A stretch of 64,000 nt of DNA from an uncultured Eubacteriales bacterium (GCA_949283695.1 CASDTX010000035.1:11296-75295), one strand, 5' to 3'. Numbered from the stretch's first letter, positions 48,757 to 59,582 are shown. The notes: generated by a model not told the origin, from the letters alone. Numbers and translations: made by a program.

Positions 48757-48822
48757 TACTTATATAGGTTCATAATCGGTTGAACGTCTCTACCAGCCGC
48801 CGGAAACGGCTGACTATAAGTA
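48757..48822 (+). ncRNA. Purine riboswitch, guanine-specific
   Basis: P1 TACTTATA/TATAAGTA, P2 GTTCA/TGAAC with loop TAATCGG, J2/3 GTCTCTAC, P3 CAGCCG/CGGCTG with loop CCGGAAA; C at the specificity position (GACTA). Confidence 0.92.
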
Positions 48823-48881
48823 TACCGGGCGGATGAATGTGTCAGCCGGTATCGTTATGGATTGGGAGAGGAGATTGACGG

Positions 48882-50165
48882 ATGAATGAATCTATTTTTA
48901 TTTTAAAAGGAAATATCGTATACAGTAAGAATCAGACAGAACTTGCCATCTGTAAGCAGGGCTATCTTGTCAGCAAGAACGGGAAAACAGAAGGGGTATA
49001 TCAGACGCTCCCTTTCCGTCTGGGCGGCAATCCGATTCATGATTACGGTGACTGTCTGATTATACCCGGGCTGGTGGATCTTCATGTTCACGCGCCCCAG
49101 TACTCCTTCCGCGGACTGGGGATGGACCTGGAGCTTCTGGAATGGCTCGAAGTGAATACCTTCCCGGAGGAGGCGAAGTTCGAATCTCTGGATTATGCAG
49201 AACGTGCATACAGGATTTTTGCCGACAATCTGCGGAAGAGTGCTACCACCCGGGCCTGCATTTTCGGGACTGTTCACAGGCCTGCAACGCTCCTTCTGAT
49301 GGATCTGATGGAGAAGACGGGCCTTGATACCTTTGTGGGAAAGGTGAATATGGACCGGAACGCACCGGAGTATCTGAGAGAGGAGACGGAAGAGTCGGCG
49401 GAGGAGACCTTGGAGTGGATCAAAGATGTGCTCCACAGGAAGTATCAGAATACCCGGCCGATTCTGACGCCCCGGTTTACACCGAGCTGCACGGACGAAC
49501 TGATGGAAGAACTGAAGAAGCTGCAGATACGGTTCTCGCTGCCGGTTCAGTCCCACCTGTCGGAGAATCAGGGAGAGATACAGTGGGTGAGCGAGCTGTG
49601 CCCCTGGGCGGAGTTCTACGGAGAAGCCTATGACCGGTTCGGGCTGTTCGGAGCGGACTGCCCCACGATCATGGCCCACTGTGTATACAGCGGCAGCCGG
49701 GAGATCGCGCGGATGAAGGAGAACGGAGTCTTTATCGCGCACTGTCCGGAGTCTAATATGAACGTTTCATCCGGGATCGCTCCGGTGAGACGGTTCCTGC
49801 AGGAAGGCGTCCGGGTGGGAATCGGCAGCGATGTGGCGGGCGGCTCCACGGAGAATCTGTTCCGGGCGATGGCCCATGCGGTGCAGGCCTCGAAGCTCAG
49901 ATGGAGGATCCAGGATCAAAGTCTGCAGCCGCTGAGTGCGGAGGAAGTCTTCTATCTGGCGACCAAGGGGGGCGGTGCATTCTTCGGCAAGGTGGGAAGC
50001 TTTGAGAAGGGATATGATTTCGACGCGGTCGTGCTGGACGACAGCAGACTTGCGCATCCCCAGCCGCTGGATATCAGAAGCAGACTGGAACGGATGATCT
50101 ACCTGGGAGATGAGCGTGAGGTCCGGGCGAAATATGTAAAGGGACAGAGCATTCGTCTCTCGTAG
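48882..50165 (+). CDS. guaD: Guanine deaminase
   Basis: 'PGLVDLHVHAPQ', 'WL...TFPEE', 'TPRF', 'QSHLSEN', 'MAHC', 'HCPESN', 'GSDVAGG'. Confidence 0.93.
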   Translation: MNESIFILKGNIVYSKNQTELAICKQGYLVSKNGKTEGVYQTLPFRLGGNPIHDYGDCLIIPGLVDLHVHAPQYSFRGLGMDLELLEWLEVNTFPEEAKFESLDYAERAYRIFADNLRKSATTRACIFGTVHRPATLLLMDLMEKTGLDTFVGKVNMDRNAPEYLREETEESAEETLEWIKDVLHRKYQNTRPILTPRFTPSCTDELMEELKKLQIRFSLPVQSHLSENQGEIQWVSELCPWAEFYGEAYDRFGLFGADCPTIMAHCVYSGSREIARMKENGVFIAHCPESNMNVSSGIAPVRRFLQEGVRVGIGSDVAGGSTENLFRAMAHAVQASKLRWRIQDQSLQPLSAEEVFYLATKGGGAFFGKVGSFEKGYDFDAVVLDDSRLAHPQPLDIRSRLERMIYLGDEREVRAKYVKGQSIRLS

Positions 50166-50249
50166 CAGACAGAATGATCCAGGACACGCGAACAGGAATA
50201 AGAGAAACGGCAGAGAAGGAATCGACAGTTTTGGGAGGTGAAGATAGAG

Positions 50250-52586
50250 ATGGAAGAAAGAGAAGCGGCGGGAAAGAAAACAGAACCGATTCGAAAGAAA
50301 GAGCATGTGATCGGGAAGAGCGTGAAACGTGTAGATGCCCTGGAGAAAGTGACCGGGAGCGCAAAGTATACGGATGATCTGTGCGACCGGAACGCATATG
50401 TGGCGAAAGTGCTGCATGCTTCCATTGCCCATGGGTATGTGAGATCGATTGACACATCTGAGGCGGAGAAGATCCGGGGCGTTGTGAAGATTGTCACCTG
50501 TTTTGATGTGACGAAACATTATTTCCCGACAGCGGGACACCCCTGGTCCACGGAGCCGGCGCACCAGGATGTGGCGGACCGGCTGCTTCTGACACAGCAT
50601 GTCAGATATTACGGGGATGACATTGCGGCTGTTGTGGCGGAGAATGAAGTGGCCGCGGCACAGGCGGTCCGGGCTCTGAAGGTGGAGTATGAGGAGCTGC
50701 CGTTCGTCCTCGATGTCCATCAGGCAATGGAGGACGGAGCGCCGCAGATCCATGAGAGCTATCCGCAGAATATTCTGGCACATACGTCGATCCGCAATGG
50801 AGATTATGAAAACGCGGTCAAAGAACCGGGGCTGACGAAGGTGGAGGGATGGTATCAGACACCCACTGTCCAGCACTGTCATATCGAGAATCCGGTCTGC
50901 TACGCCTACATGGAACAGGGGCGTGTGATAGTCGTGACATCTACGCAGATCCCTCATATCTGCAGGCGTGTTGTCGGCCAGGCGCTGGGCGTGCCGTGGG
51001 GGCAGGTGCGGATTATCAAGCCTTATATCGGCGGAGGATTCGGCAATAAGCAGGATGTGCTCTATGAGCCGCTCTGTGCGTATCTGACCACGGTCGTCGG
51101 CGGCAGGACGGTGAGGATGGAGATTTCCAGAGAGGAGACCTTTGCCTCCACAAGAGTGCGCCATGCGATTCATTTCCACATTATTTCGTATGTGAGGCCG
51201 GACGGAACCTATGCGGCCCGGAAGTTTGAGAGCTGGTCAGACCAGGGGGCGTATGCGTCCCACGGCCACAGCATCGCGGCGAAGGGGATGGGCTGTTTCC
51301 CGCAGTTGTATCCCTGCCCTAATATCGAGGCAGACACGTATACCGTGTTTACGAATAAAGCCGCGGCCGGCGCGATGCGGGGATACGGGATCCCGCAGGC
51401 GATGTTTGCCATGGAGAGCCATACAGACGACGTGGCGCGGGCCATGGGCATTGCCCCTTACGAGTTCCGGATGAAAAATGTGATGCCCAAGGGCTTCAAG
51501 GACGGGTTCTCGAAGAATGTGAATTATTATGATACCTTCCGGGAATGTCTGGAAAAAGGAAGGAAAGAATTCGACTATGACAGGCGTCTGGCGGAATGCA
51601 TGCATCAGACCGGAGAGATCCGCCGCGGCGTGGGGATGGCTGTATTCTGGTACAATACCGGCGTGTGGCCGATCTCACTTGAGACGTCTGCCTGCCGGAT
51701 GGTGCTCAATCAGGACGGCAGTATACAGGTACAGGTAGGAGAGACCGAGATCGGCCAGGGGGCTGACACTGCATTCGCGCAGATGGCGGCAGAGACCCTG
51801 GGAATCCCCTTTGAGATGGTTCATGTGATTTCCTCTCAGGATACAGACGTGACTCCGTTCGGAACCGGGGCGTACGCTTCCAGACAGACGTATATGGCAG
51901 GATTTTCGATCCGCCAGACCGGAGAACTGTTAAGGGCGAAGATCATCGAGACTGCCCACGAACTGACACGGCAGATGAAGGAAAATCTGGATATTATAGA
52001 TGGAATGATCGTGCGTACAACGGACGGCGAGGTGCTGATGTCTCTGGGCGAGCTGGCGACAGAGAAGCTGTACAGTCTGACCAACAACGGGCATCTCACT
52101 GCGGAGAGCAGTTATCAGATAAAGAATAATGCCTATTCCTTCGGATGCACCTTTGTTGAGGTAGAGGTGGATATCCCGGGCTGCAGAGCTCAGGTGACAG
52201 ATATTTTAAATGTCCATGACTGCGGGCGGCTGATCAATCCGGCATTGGCAGAGGCCCAGGTGCACGGGGGCATCAGTATGGCCATCGGGTACGCCCTCTC
52301 AGAGAAGCTGCTCTATGACGAACGGACAGGAAAACCACTGAACAATAACCTTCTGGACTATAAGCTTTCTACATTTATGGATCATCCGGATCTGCATGCT
52401 TCTTTTATCGAGAATGCGGAGCCTACCAGTGCTTATGGTACCAAGGCGCTGGGAGAGCCGCCCACTTGTTCGCCTGCTCCGGCGATCCGCAATGCCATCC
52501 TTCAGGCAACCGGCGTGGCGTTAAATGAGATCCCCATGCGGCCCCATCTGCTGTTTGAGGAATTCCGGAAGGCAGGGCTGATCTGA
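50250..52586 (+). CDS. xdhA: Xanthine dehydrogenase molybdopterin-binding subunit
   Basis: 'KVTGSAKY', 'HCHIE', 'IGGGFGNKQ', 'AMRGYG.PQ', 'EIGQG', 'AYASRQT', 'QVHGG', 'KALGE'. Confidence 0.93.
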   Translation: MEEREAAGKKTEPIRKKEHVIGKSVKRVDALEKVTGSAKYTDDLCDRNAYVAKVLHASIAHGYVRSIDTSEAEKIRGVVKIVTCFDVTKHYFPTAGHPWSTEPAHQDVADRLLLTQHVRYYGDDIAAVVAENEVAAAQAVRALKVEYEELPFVLDVHQAMEDGAPQIHESYPQNILAHTSIRNGDYENAVKEPGLTKVEGWYQTPTVQHCHIENPVCYAYMEQGRVIVVTSTQIPHICRRVVGQALGVPWGQVRIIKPYIGGGFGNKQDVLYEPLCAYLTTVVGGRTVRMEISREETFASTRVRHAIHFHIISYVRPDGTYAARKFESWSDQGAYASHGHSIAAKGMGCFPQLYPCPNIEADTYTVFTNKAAAGAMRGYGIPQAMFAMESHTDDVARAMGIAPYEFRMKNVMPKGFKDGFSKNVNYYDTFRECLEKGRKEFDYDRRLAECMHQTGEIRRGVGMAVFWYNTGVWPISLETSACRMVLNQDGSIQVQVGETEIGQGADTAFAQMAAETLGIPFEMVHVISSQDTDVTPFGTGAYASRQTYMAGFSIRQTGELLRAKIIETAHELTRQMKENLDIIDGMIVRTTDGEVLMSLGELATEKLYSLTNNGHLTAESSYQIKNNAYSFGCTFVEVEVDIPGCRAQVTDILNVHDCGRLINPALAEAQVHGGISMAIGYALSEKLLYDERTGKPLNNNLLDYKLSTFMDHPDLHASFIENAEPTSAYGTKALGEPPTCSPAPAIRNAILQATGVALNEIPMRPHLLFEEFRKAGLI

Positions 52587-52629
52587 CGGATCGGCATTGG
52601 GAAGGAGAATGGGAAAGAGGTGAAAATCT

Positions 52630-54135
52630 ATGTATGATATGAAAGCATTGTATGAGGCGGAAAGCGCGGCCGACGCAGTCCGGCTGCTGCAGGAGCATCC
52701 TCAGGCACAGATCATCGCCGGCGGCAGTGACGTGCTGGTCCAGATGCGGGAAGGGAAGCGGGCAGGCGCAGAACTGGTGAGTATATACGGGCTGGACGAA
52801 CTGCGGGGCGTGACCATGGAAGAGGACGGAACGATCAGGATCGGATCCCTGACCAGCTTCTCACATATTACGAAGGATCCAATCATCCAGACATACATCG
52901 GTGTTCTCGGGGAAGCGGTAGACATGGTAGGAGGACCGCAGATCCGCAACATCGGAACCATCGGCGGCAATACCTGCAACGGCGTAACTTCCGCGGATTC
53001 GGCCTCCACGCTGTTCGCCTGGGACGCCTTGATCGAACTGACCGGGCCGGGAGGCGTACGCCTGCTTCCGATCAAAGACTTCTACATAAAGGCAGGAAAG
53101 GTAGCCCTGAAGCCGGGCGAAATACAGACGGCCATCCGGATCCCAAGGGAATCCTATGAAGGGTATGCCGGGTATTATATCAAGTATGCGATGAGAAATG
53201 CGATGGATATTGCCACACTGGGGTGCTCAGTGAATGTGAAACTGTCTGATGATCAGAGCACATTTGCAGATCTCCGGATTGCCTACGGGGTGGCAGGCCC
53301 AGTGCCCATGCGGGCCGTGCATGCGGAGGAGACGGGCAGAGGCCTGGAAGTCACGGATGAGAATATGGAGAAGATCGGGGACGCGGTGCTCCAGGATGTG
53401 ACGCCCCGTGACAGCTGGCGGGCGAGCAAGGCATTCCGCGAGCACATCTCGAAAGTCCTGTGCAAACGGGCGCTGAGAGAAGCGGTCAGAAGGGCAGGCA
53501 GCCGGCGGCAGGATCCGGAGAAGGAGAGCGGACAGGAGCCGGGTCAGACTCCGAAGCAGAAAGAAGCGGCCGGAGGCACCCGGGGGAATTCGCATGAGCC
53601 GAGAACCGCGGCGTATCCGCATACAGTGATAACGGATCCCGGAAGCGGGAGACAATATAAGCTGGTGCGCTGCCGGATCAACGGAGCGGAGCGGGAGACC
53701 ATGGTGGATGTAAGAGCGTCCCTGACGGATCTGCTTCGCAATGATTATTCCCTGAACAGCGTGAAGAAAGGCTGTGAAGTAGGGGAGTGCGGCGCCTGCA
53801 ATGTGATCATCGACGGCGAATGCTATAATTCCTGCATCTATCTGGCAGTCTGGGCGGACGGCAAAGAGATCCGTACCCTGGAGGGCCTGATGGGACCGGG
53901 CGGCGAACTGTCCGATATTCAGCAGGCGTTCATCGATGAGACGGCTGTGCAGTGCGGGTTCTGTACGCCGGGCGTGATCATGAGCGCGGTAGAGATCCTG
54001 GAGAGCGGGAAAGAGTATACGAGAGAGGAACTGAGGAAACTTCTCTCAGGACATCTGTGCAGATGCACGGGGTATGAGAATATCCTGAACGCGGTTGAGA
54101 AGACGATGAAGAAGAGACTGGCAGAGAAAATGTGA
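52630..54135 (+). CDS. xdhB: Fused xanthine dehydrogenase FAD subunit + 2Fe-2S subunit (XdhB-XdhC)
   Basis: N-terminal 'IIAGGSD', 'QIRNIGTIGGN', 'SAD'; charged linker; C-terminal 'KKGCEVGECGAC..C..QCGFC..LCRC'. Confidence 0.9.
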   Translation: MYDMKALYEAESAADAVRLLQEHPQAQIIAGGSDVLVQMREGKRAGAELVSIYGLDELRGVTMEEDGTIRIGSLTSFSHITKDPIIQTYIGVLGEAVDMVGGPQIRNIGTIGGNTCNGVTSADSASTLFAWDALIELTGPGGVRLLPIKDFYIKAGKVALKPGEIQTAIRIPRESYEGYAGYYIKYAMRNAMDIATLGCSVNVKLSDDQSTFADLRIAYGVAGPVPMRAVHAEETGRGLEVTDENMEKIGDAVLQDVTPRDSWRASKAFREHISKVLCKRALREAVRRAGSRRQDPEKESGQEPGQTPKQKEAAGGTRGNSHEPRTAAYPHTVITDPGSGRQYKLVRCRINGAERETMVDVRASLTDLLRNDYSLNSVKKGCEVGECGACNVIIDGECYNSCIYLAVWADGKEIRTLEGLMGPGGELSDIQQAFIDETAVQCGFCTPGVIMSAVEILESGKEYTREELRKLLSGHLCRCTGYENILNAVEKTMKKRLAEKM

Positions 54136-54152
54136 TTTCCAGACGAAACAGA

Positions 54153-54197
54153 GAGGACATCCGTACAGTTACATGGCATAAACTGTAGGATGTCCTC
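54153..54197. terminator. Hairpin between convergent operons
   Basis: GAGGACATCC..ACAGTT...AACTGT.GGATGTCCTC. Confidence 0.6.
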
Positions 54198-54257
54198 GAT
54201 TCATATATTTTAGGAGTTTGTGTATTGCAGTTTCTGTTTTGGGTTATTTTTCTTGCT

Positions 54258-55202
54258 TTACAGATGGATTCTGGTTCCGGTCTGCCCGAGGATTCCGTCT
54301 TTCGCCTTCTCGAGCAGGGTAATCAGCGCCTGCCGTCCCGGTTTGGACTCTGCGAATTCTACGGCTGCCTGTACCTTCGGAAGCATGGAACCCGGCGCGA
54401 AATGGCCTTCTTCTATGTACTGCTTCGCCTCAGCTACGGTGATATCGCCGAGCCATTTTTCATCCGGCTTTCCATAGTTGATGGCCGCTTTCTCAACCGC
54501 GGTCAGAATAATCAGGAAATCAGCATCCAGCTCTTTGGCCATCAGGCAGCTTGCGAAGTCTTTATCGATCACTGCACTGGCGCCTTTTAAGTGATTGCCC
54601 TGGCGTGTGACGGGGATACCGCCGCCGCCGCATGCGATTACCACATCTCCGGAGTCCACCATATTGCGGATGGTTCCGATCTCGATGATCTCCTGGGGCT
54701 TCGGGGACGCTACGACACGGCGGTAGCCGCGGCCTGCATCCTCTTTCATGATGTATTCGTATTTCTCTGTCATCATGTCAGCCTGCTCTTTTGTCATGAA
54801 GCGTCCGATCGGCTTGGAGGGGTGGTCAAATGCCGGATCATCAGGATCTACTCTTACCTGCGTGATCATGGTCGCCACAGGGATATCTGTGATCCCTCTG
54901 TTTAAGAGCTCTTCGCGCAGGGCATTCTGAAGGTCATATCCGATATACGCCTGGCTCATCGCCACGCAGACAGACAGCGGAGTGTTCGGCTGCTGGGGAT
55001 CTTCGTGGGTGAGGGCGATCATGGCGTTGTTGACCATGCCTACCTGAGGGCCGTTGCCGTGTGCGACAACCACTTCACAGCCTTCCTGGATCAGATCGAC
55101 AATCGCGCGGGACGTGATCTTCACGGCTTTCATCTGTTCCGGAAGCGTATTGCCGAGAGCATTTCCGCCCAGGGCAATCACAATACGTTTTTTCTTTTCC
55201 AT
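54258..55202 (-). CDS. arcC: Carbamate kinase (YqeA/ArcC)
   Basis: 'VIALGGNAL', 'HGNGPQVG', 'KPIG', 'YRRVVASP', 'GGGGIPV', 'AVIDKD', 'GSMLPK'. Confidence 0.96.
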   Translation of the reverse strand: MEKKKRIVIALGGNALGNTLPEQMKAVKITSRAIVDLIQEGCEVVVAHGNGPQVGMVNNAMIALTHEDPQQPNTPLSVCVAMSQAYIGYDLQNALREELLNRGITDIPVATMITQVRVDPDDPAFDHPSKPIGRFMTKEQADMMTEKYEYIMKEDAGRGYRRVVASPKPQEIIEIGTIRNMVDSGDVVIACGGGGIPVTRQGNHLKGASAVIDKDFASCLMAKELDADFLIILTAVEKAAINYGKPDEKWLGDITVAEAKQYIEEGHFAPGSMLPKVQAAVEFAESKPGRQALITLLEKAKDGILGQTGTRIHL

Positions 55203-55217
55203 GGCAAGCCTCCTGTA

Positions 55218-55601
55218 TTATGCCTCTTTCACAGCGGCAATGACCTCAACCTCACAGAGGACGCCCTTTGGAAGTGCTTTTACTGCAACGCAGGAGCGCG
55301 CCGGTTTGCCTGTGAAATATTTCGCGTATACTTCATTAAATGCCGCGAAGTCAGCCATATCTGCAAGAAAACATGTGGTCTTAACAACATCTGTAAATGC
55401 CGCGCCCTGGCTTTCCAGAAGAGCGCTGACATTCTGCATCACCTGCTCAGCCTGCTCTGTGATGTCAGATCCTACGACTTCCCCTGTCTCCGGTGAGAGC
55501 GGGATCTGTCCTGAGAAGAATGCGATTCCGTTGAGGATGATTCCCTGGGAATAGGGGCCGATTGCTGCAGGTGCGTTTTTGGTGTCAACGTATTTTAACA
55601 T
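55218..55601 (-). CDS. ridA: RidA (YjgF/UK114) enamine/imine deaminase
   Basis: '[10 protein letters not shown]', 'SGQIP', 'VVKTT.FL', 'PARSCV', 'EVE'; AGGAGG RBS. Confidence 0.93.
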   Translation of the reverse strand: MLKYVDTKNAPAAIGPYSQGIILNGIAFFSGQIPLSPETGEVVGSDITEQAEQVMQNVSALLESQGAAFTDVVKTTCFLADMADFAAFNEVYAKYFTGKPARSCVAVKALPKGVLCEVEVIAAVKEA

Positions 55602-55689
55602 AGTGTGTATACCTCCTGATTGATATCTGTGCTGCTGGTTTCGGGGCAGAATCGTGTCTGCCCCGTGTATGATCATGTTTCAAGGAATC

Positions 55690-56883
55690 TTATTCGAACA
55701 CGCGCGGTGTGCCTTTTTCTTCCAGCTTCTTAAGGATGTCAGCCGGATCTGCGAATTTCGCAAGGAAGATCATAGCCGCGATGATGTACGGTTTGTAGCT
55801 TGCCTCTTTGTAGAGCGGATCTCTGTAGCGGTCAAATACGCTTGCGTCAACCTCGCCTTCCTCACAGCTTACGCCTGTGATGTCTGCCGGCAGACAGTGC
55901 ATATAGAGTGCTTTGCCGTCCTTGGTTGTTTTCATCAGTTCCTCTGTGCATGCCCAGTCTTTGTGCTGTGCATTCTGAGCGAGAAGCTCTTTCTCCAGCT
56001 CTTTGATGCCCTCGAGATCACCGTTGCCGTACAGTTCTGTACGCTTCTCCATTGCGGCGAACGGAGCCCAGCTCTTCGGATATACGATATCCGCATCTTT
56101 GAATGCCTCTGCCATGTCGTTTGTCTTCGTGAAAGAACCGCCGGATTTCTTCGCGTTCTCAGCAGCGACAGCCTCAACTTCCGGGAATACTTCGTATCCT
56201 TCCGGATGAGCAAGTACAACGTCCATTCCGAACCGTGTCATCAGTCCGATGATTCCCTGGGGAACGGAGAGCGGCTTGCCGTAGGACGGAGAGTATGCCC
56301 ATGACATTGCGATTTTCTTGCCTTTCAGGTTCTCAACGCCGCCGAACTCATGGATGATGTGAAGCATATCTGCCATGGCCTGTGTCGGGTGATCAATGTC
56401 GCACTGCAGGTTTACCAGAGTCGGTTTCTGCTCCAGGATGCCGTCCTTGTTGCCCTGTGTCACAGCGTCAACCACTTCGTGCATGTAAGCATTTCCTTTG
56501 CCGATGTACATATCGTCGCGGATACCGATGACGTCAGCCATGAAGGAGATCATGTTTGCCGTCTCGCGGACAGTCTCGCCGTGCGCTACCTGAGATTTGC
56601 CTTCGTCCAGATCCTGAACTTCAAGTCCTAACAAGTTGCATGCGGAAGCGAAAGAGAAGCGGGTACGTGTGGAGTTGTCGCGGAACAGAGAGATGCCGAG
56701 ACCGCTCTCGAATACCTTTGTGGAGATATTGTTCTCTCTCATATAGCGCAGAGCGTCTGCGACAGTAAAGACCGCTTCCAGCTCTTCGTCTGTCTTCTCC
56801 CAGGTCAGGAAGAAGTCTCCGTTGTACATATCCTTAAAGTTCAGTTTGTTCAGCTTATCAATATAATCCTGTAATGTTTTCAT
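55690..56883 (-). CDS. ygeW: Knotted carbamoyltransferase YgeW
   Basis: 'DFFLTWEK', 'FRDNSTRTRFS', 'LQCDIDHPTQ', 'WAYSPSYGKPLSVPQG', 'YMHCLPAD'. Confidence 0.95.
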   Translation of the reverse strand: MKTLQDYIDKLNKLNFKDMYNGDFFLTWEKTDEELEAVFTVADALRYMRENNISTKVFESGLGISLFRDNSTRTRFSFASACNLLGLEVQDLDEGKSQVAHGETVRETANMISFMADVIGIRDDMYIGKGNAYMHEVVDAVTQGNKDGILEQKPTLVNLQCDIDHPTQAMADMLHIIHEFGGVENLKGKKIAMSWAYSPSYGKPLSVPQGIIGLMTRFGMDVVLAHPEGYEVFPEVEAVAAENAKKSGGSFTKTNDMAEAFKDADIVYPKSWAPFAAMEKRTELYGNGDLEGIKELEKELLAQNAQHKDWACTEELMKTTKDGKALYMHCLPADITGVSCEEGEVDASVFDRYRDPLYKEASYKPYIIAAMIFLAKFADPADILKKLEEKGTPRVFE

Positions 56884-56969
56884 AGTTGGTTGTCCTCCTT
56901 AATGCGGGCAGTGCCCGTTTCTGATTTGTTATTTGTAAAGTGTCCGAAGAAACGTCTCTTCAATCGGAT

Positions 56970-58280
56970 TTACTCGCAGTAGCAGTTCGGCAGTGCTGCG
57001 TAAACAGCCGCGCATGTCACAAGATCCTGCTTCCAGGTCTTCTCGTTCGGTGCATGTGCCTGTGCTTCCGCACCCGGTCCGAATCCGATGCACGGGATGC
57101 CGTTTCTTCCCATGATGGATACGCCGTTTGTGGAGAAGGTCCACTTATCTGTAAGCGGGCGTGCCTGACGCATTTCCAGAGTCTCTTCCGCACCGATTCT
57201 CTGATCGCCGTAGAGAGAGGTATAAGCTTTTTCAAGGGCCTTTGTTACTTTGTGATCTTTCGGAATCGCCCATGTCGGGAAGTAGCATTCGATCTCGTAT
57301 ACACATCCGGTGTAGGACGGACGGTCATAGTTGTACATAGAAACCACAACGTCGTCGCCGTATTTCTGCACGCTCGGAAGTGCACGGATCTCGTCCAGGC
57401 AGCTCTCCCATGTCTCGCCGAATGTCATACGGCGGTCAAGAGATACCGCGCAGGAGTCCGCTACTGCACAGCGGCTCGGCGATGTATAGAAGATCTGAGA
57501 TACAGTAACTGTACCGCGGCCGAGGAAACGTGCTTCCTCCCAGTCCGGGTTGTATTTCGGATTGAGCATTTTTACGAGACCTTTGATCTCTGTCTCGTCT
57601 GCGTCATCGTTTTCGTTCAGGGAACGCACATCCTGAAGGATATCCGCCATCTTGTAGATTGCGTTGTCGCCGCGCTCCGGAGCGGAACCATGGCAGGAAA
57701 CACCCTTCACGTCGATGCGGATCTCCATACGTCCGCGCTGTCCTCTGTAGATACCGCCGTCTGTCGGCTCTGTGGATACAACGAATTCCGGACGGATCTT
57801 GTCTTCATTAATAATGTACTGCCAGCAGAGTCCGTCGCAGTCCTCTTCCTGAACGGTTCCGACTACCATGATCTTGCAGCCTTCCGGAATCAGATCCATG
57901 TCTTTCATGATTCTCGCGCCGTAAACTGCGGATACAAGGCCGCCGCACTGGTCAGATACACCGCGTCCGCCGATCTCTGTGTCGTTTTCATATCCCTCGT
58001 ACGGATCGAAGGTCCAGTTGTCAATGTTTCCGATACCAACAGTATCGATATGTGCATCGTATGCAATGATTTTGTCGCCGGTTCCCATATAGCCGATGAC
58101 ATTACCCTGAGGATCAATCACCACTTCGTCGAAGTCCAGCTTTCTCATCTCAGCGGCGATGGTCTCGATGTGTGCTTTCTCGTCGCAGCTTTCACCGGGG
58201 TTCTTGACGATGGCGCGCAGGAATGCGGTCATGTCTTCCTGATAGTTCTGAGCAGCTTCTTTGATTTTGTTGAAATCCAT
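56970..58280 (-). CDS. ygeY: YgeY family M20 hydrolase
   Basis: 'DAHIDTVG', 'GRGVSDQ', 'VQEEDCDG', 'RGQRGRME', '[15 protein letters not shown]', 'KWTFSTNGV'. Confidence 0.93.
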   Translation of the reverse strand: MDFNKIKEAAQNYQEDMTAFLRAIVKNPGESCDEKAHIETIAAEMRKLDFDEVVIDPQGNVIGYMGTGDKIIAYDAHIDTVGIGNIDNWTFDPYEGYENDTEIGGRGVSDQCGGLVSAVYGARIMKDMDLIPEGCKIMVVGTVQEEDCDGLCWQYIINEDKIRPEFVVSTEPTDGGIYRGQRGRMEIRIDVKGVSCHGSAPERGDNAIYKMADILQDVRSLNENDDADETEIKGLVKMLNPKYNPDWEEARFLGRGTVTVSQIFYTSPSRCAVADSCAVSLDRRMTFGETWESCLDEIRALPSVQKYGDDVVVSMYNYDRPSYTGCVYEIECYFPTWAIPKDHKVTKALEKAYTSLYGDQRIGAEETLEMRQARPLTDKWTFSTNGVSIMGRNGIPCIGFGPGAEAQAHAPNEKTWKQDLVTCAAVYAALPNCYCE

Positions 58281-58349
58281 AGTTTTTTCTCTCCTTTTGA
58301 AATTGAATAAAGTACGGTTTTAGTTTCTGTTATGCAGGGGAAGACAGTG

Positions 58350-59555
58350 TTACTTCTCGTTCCCGCCCCAGACGATGGACTCATATCTCTCAGGATCGGT
58401 GTCGCCTTCGGTTGAGAAGAGCAGAACCTTCGAGTTTTCATCCAGCCCCAGATGATCCCGGAGCGGCTTGTACTCGTCCATTGTCATGATGCACGCAAGT
58501 GTTCCGAAGGGTGCTGCGCCGGATTCGCCGGATGTCACCGGCTGATCTCCTTTGACAGGAGCCGCCAGCATACGCATTCCCCTTGCTGCAACCCAGTCAG
58601 GAGCAGCGATAAAAGTATCTACGTGATTCTTTAAGATATCCCAGGAGATCGTGTTGGGCTCGCCGCATGCAAGTCCTGCCATGATCGTCACCATATCTCC
58701 GTCCACAATGCGGATGCCGCCGTCGCCTGCGCATGCTCCTTTGTACAGACATGCAGCGGCTTCGGCCTCTACGACGATTACCTTGGGCGGATTCTCGGGA
58801 TAGCGGTTGGCGAAGTAGCCCTGAACCGCTCCGGCAAGAGATCCGACGCCTGCCTGAATGAATACATGAGTCGGGCGTTCGCAGCCATAGTCATGAAGCT
58901 GTTCGTCTGCCTCCATTGCCATGGTACCGTAGCCCTGCATGATCCAGGAAGGGATCTCTTCGTATCCGTCCCATGCGGTATCCTGTACCATCACTCCGTT
59001 CTCTGTCTTCTCGGCCATGGCATTTGCCATGCGCACGCATTCATCATAGTTGTATTCCTCAATGGTTGCCTGGGCGCCTTCGGCAAGGATGTTGTTGAGC
59101 CTTGTCTGTGTACTCCCCTTTGGCATAAGCACGACGGCTTTCTGTCCCAGTTTATTGGCTGCCCATGCGACACCGCGGCCATGGTTGCCGTCGGTTGCGG
59201 TAAAGAACGTTGCCTGTCCGAATTCTTCCCGGAGCGCGTCGGATGTGAGAACATGATACGGAAGCTCTGACACATCCTTTCCTGTCTGCTTCGCGATGTA
59301 GCGGGCCATGGCGAAAGAACCGCCAAGCACCTTGAAGGCATTGAGACCAAACCGGTAGGACTCGTCTTTCACATAGACTTCCTTCAGTCCGAGGTGCGCT
59401 GCCATGTGATCCAGCTTCGCCAGCGGTGTCACGCTGTACTGCGGAAAGCTCTCATGAAATGTGCGCGCTTTTCTGACTTCGTCAAGTCCCATGACAGGGA
59501 GATTGGCGTCATCGGTCTTTGGCATGCTGTTCACTGCCCATTTGATTGTTTCCAT
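58350..59555 (-). CDS. dpaL: Diaminopropionate ammonia-lyase (YgeX)
   Basis: 'KDESYRFGLNAFKVLG', 'ATDGNHGRG', 'QDTAWDGY', 'QAGVGS', 'MAGLACGE', 'STEGDTDP'. Confidence 0.96.
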   Translation of the reverse strand: METIKWAVNSMPKTDDANLPVMGLDEVRKARTFHESFPQYSVTPLAKLDHMAAHLGLKEVYVKDESYRFGLNAFKVLGGSFAMARYIAKQTGKDVSELPYHVLTSDALREEFGQATFFTATDGNHGRGVAWAANKLGQKAVVLMPKGSTQTRLNNILAEGAQATIEEYNYDECVRMANAMAEKTENGVMVQDTAWDGYEEIPSWIMQGYGTMAMEADEQLHDYGCERPTHVFIQAGVGSLAGAVQGYFANRYPENPPKVIVVEAEAAACLYKGACAGDGGIRIVDGDMVTIMAGLACGEPNTISWDILKNHVDTFIAAPDWVAARGMRMLAAPVKGDQPVTSGESGAAPFGTLACIMTMDEYKPLRDHLGLDENSKVLLFSTEGDTDPERYESIVWGGNEK

Positions 59556-59582
59556 TGTGGAACCTCCTTTTATGATTGATGA

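Noticed and set aside
56940-58310. 456-aa + strand ORF antisense to ygeY
   Set aside because: Shadow ORF caused by codon bias; no motifs or RBS, while the minus-strand gene is clearly YgeY.
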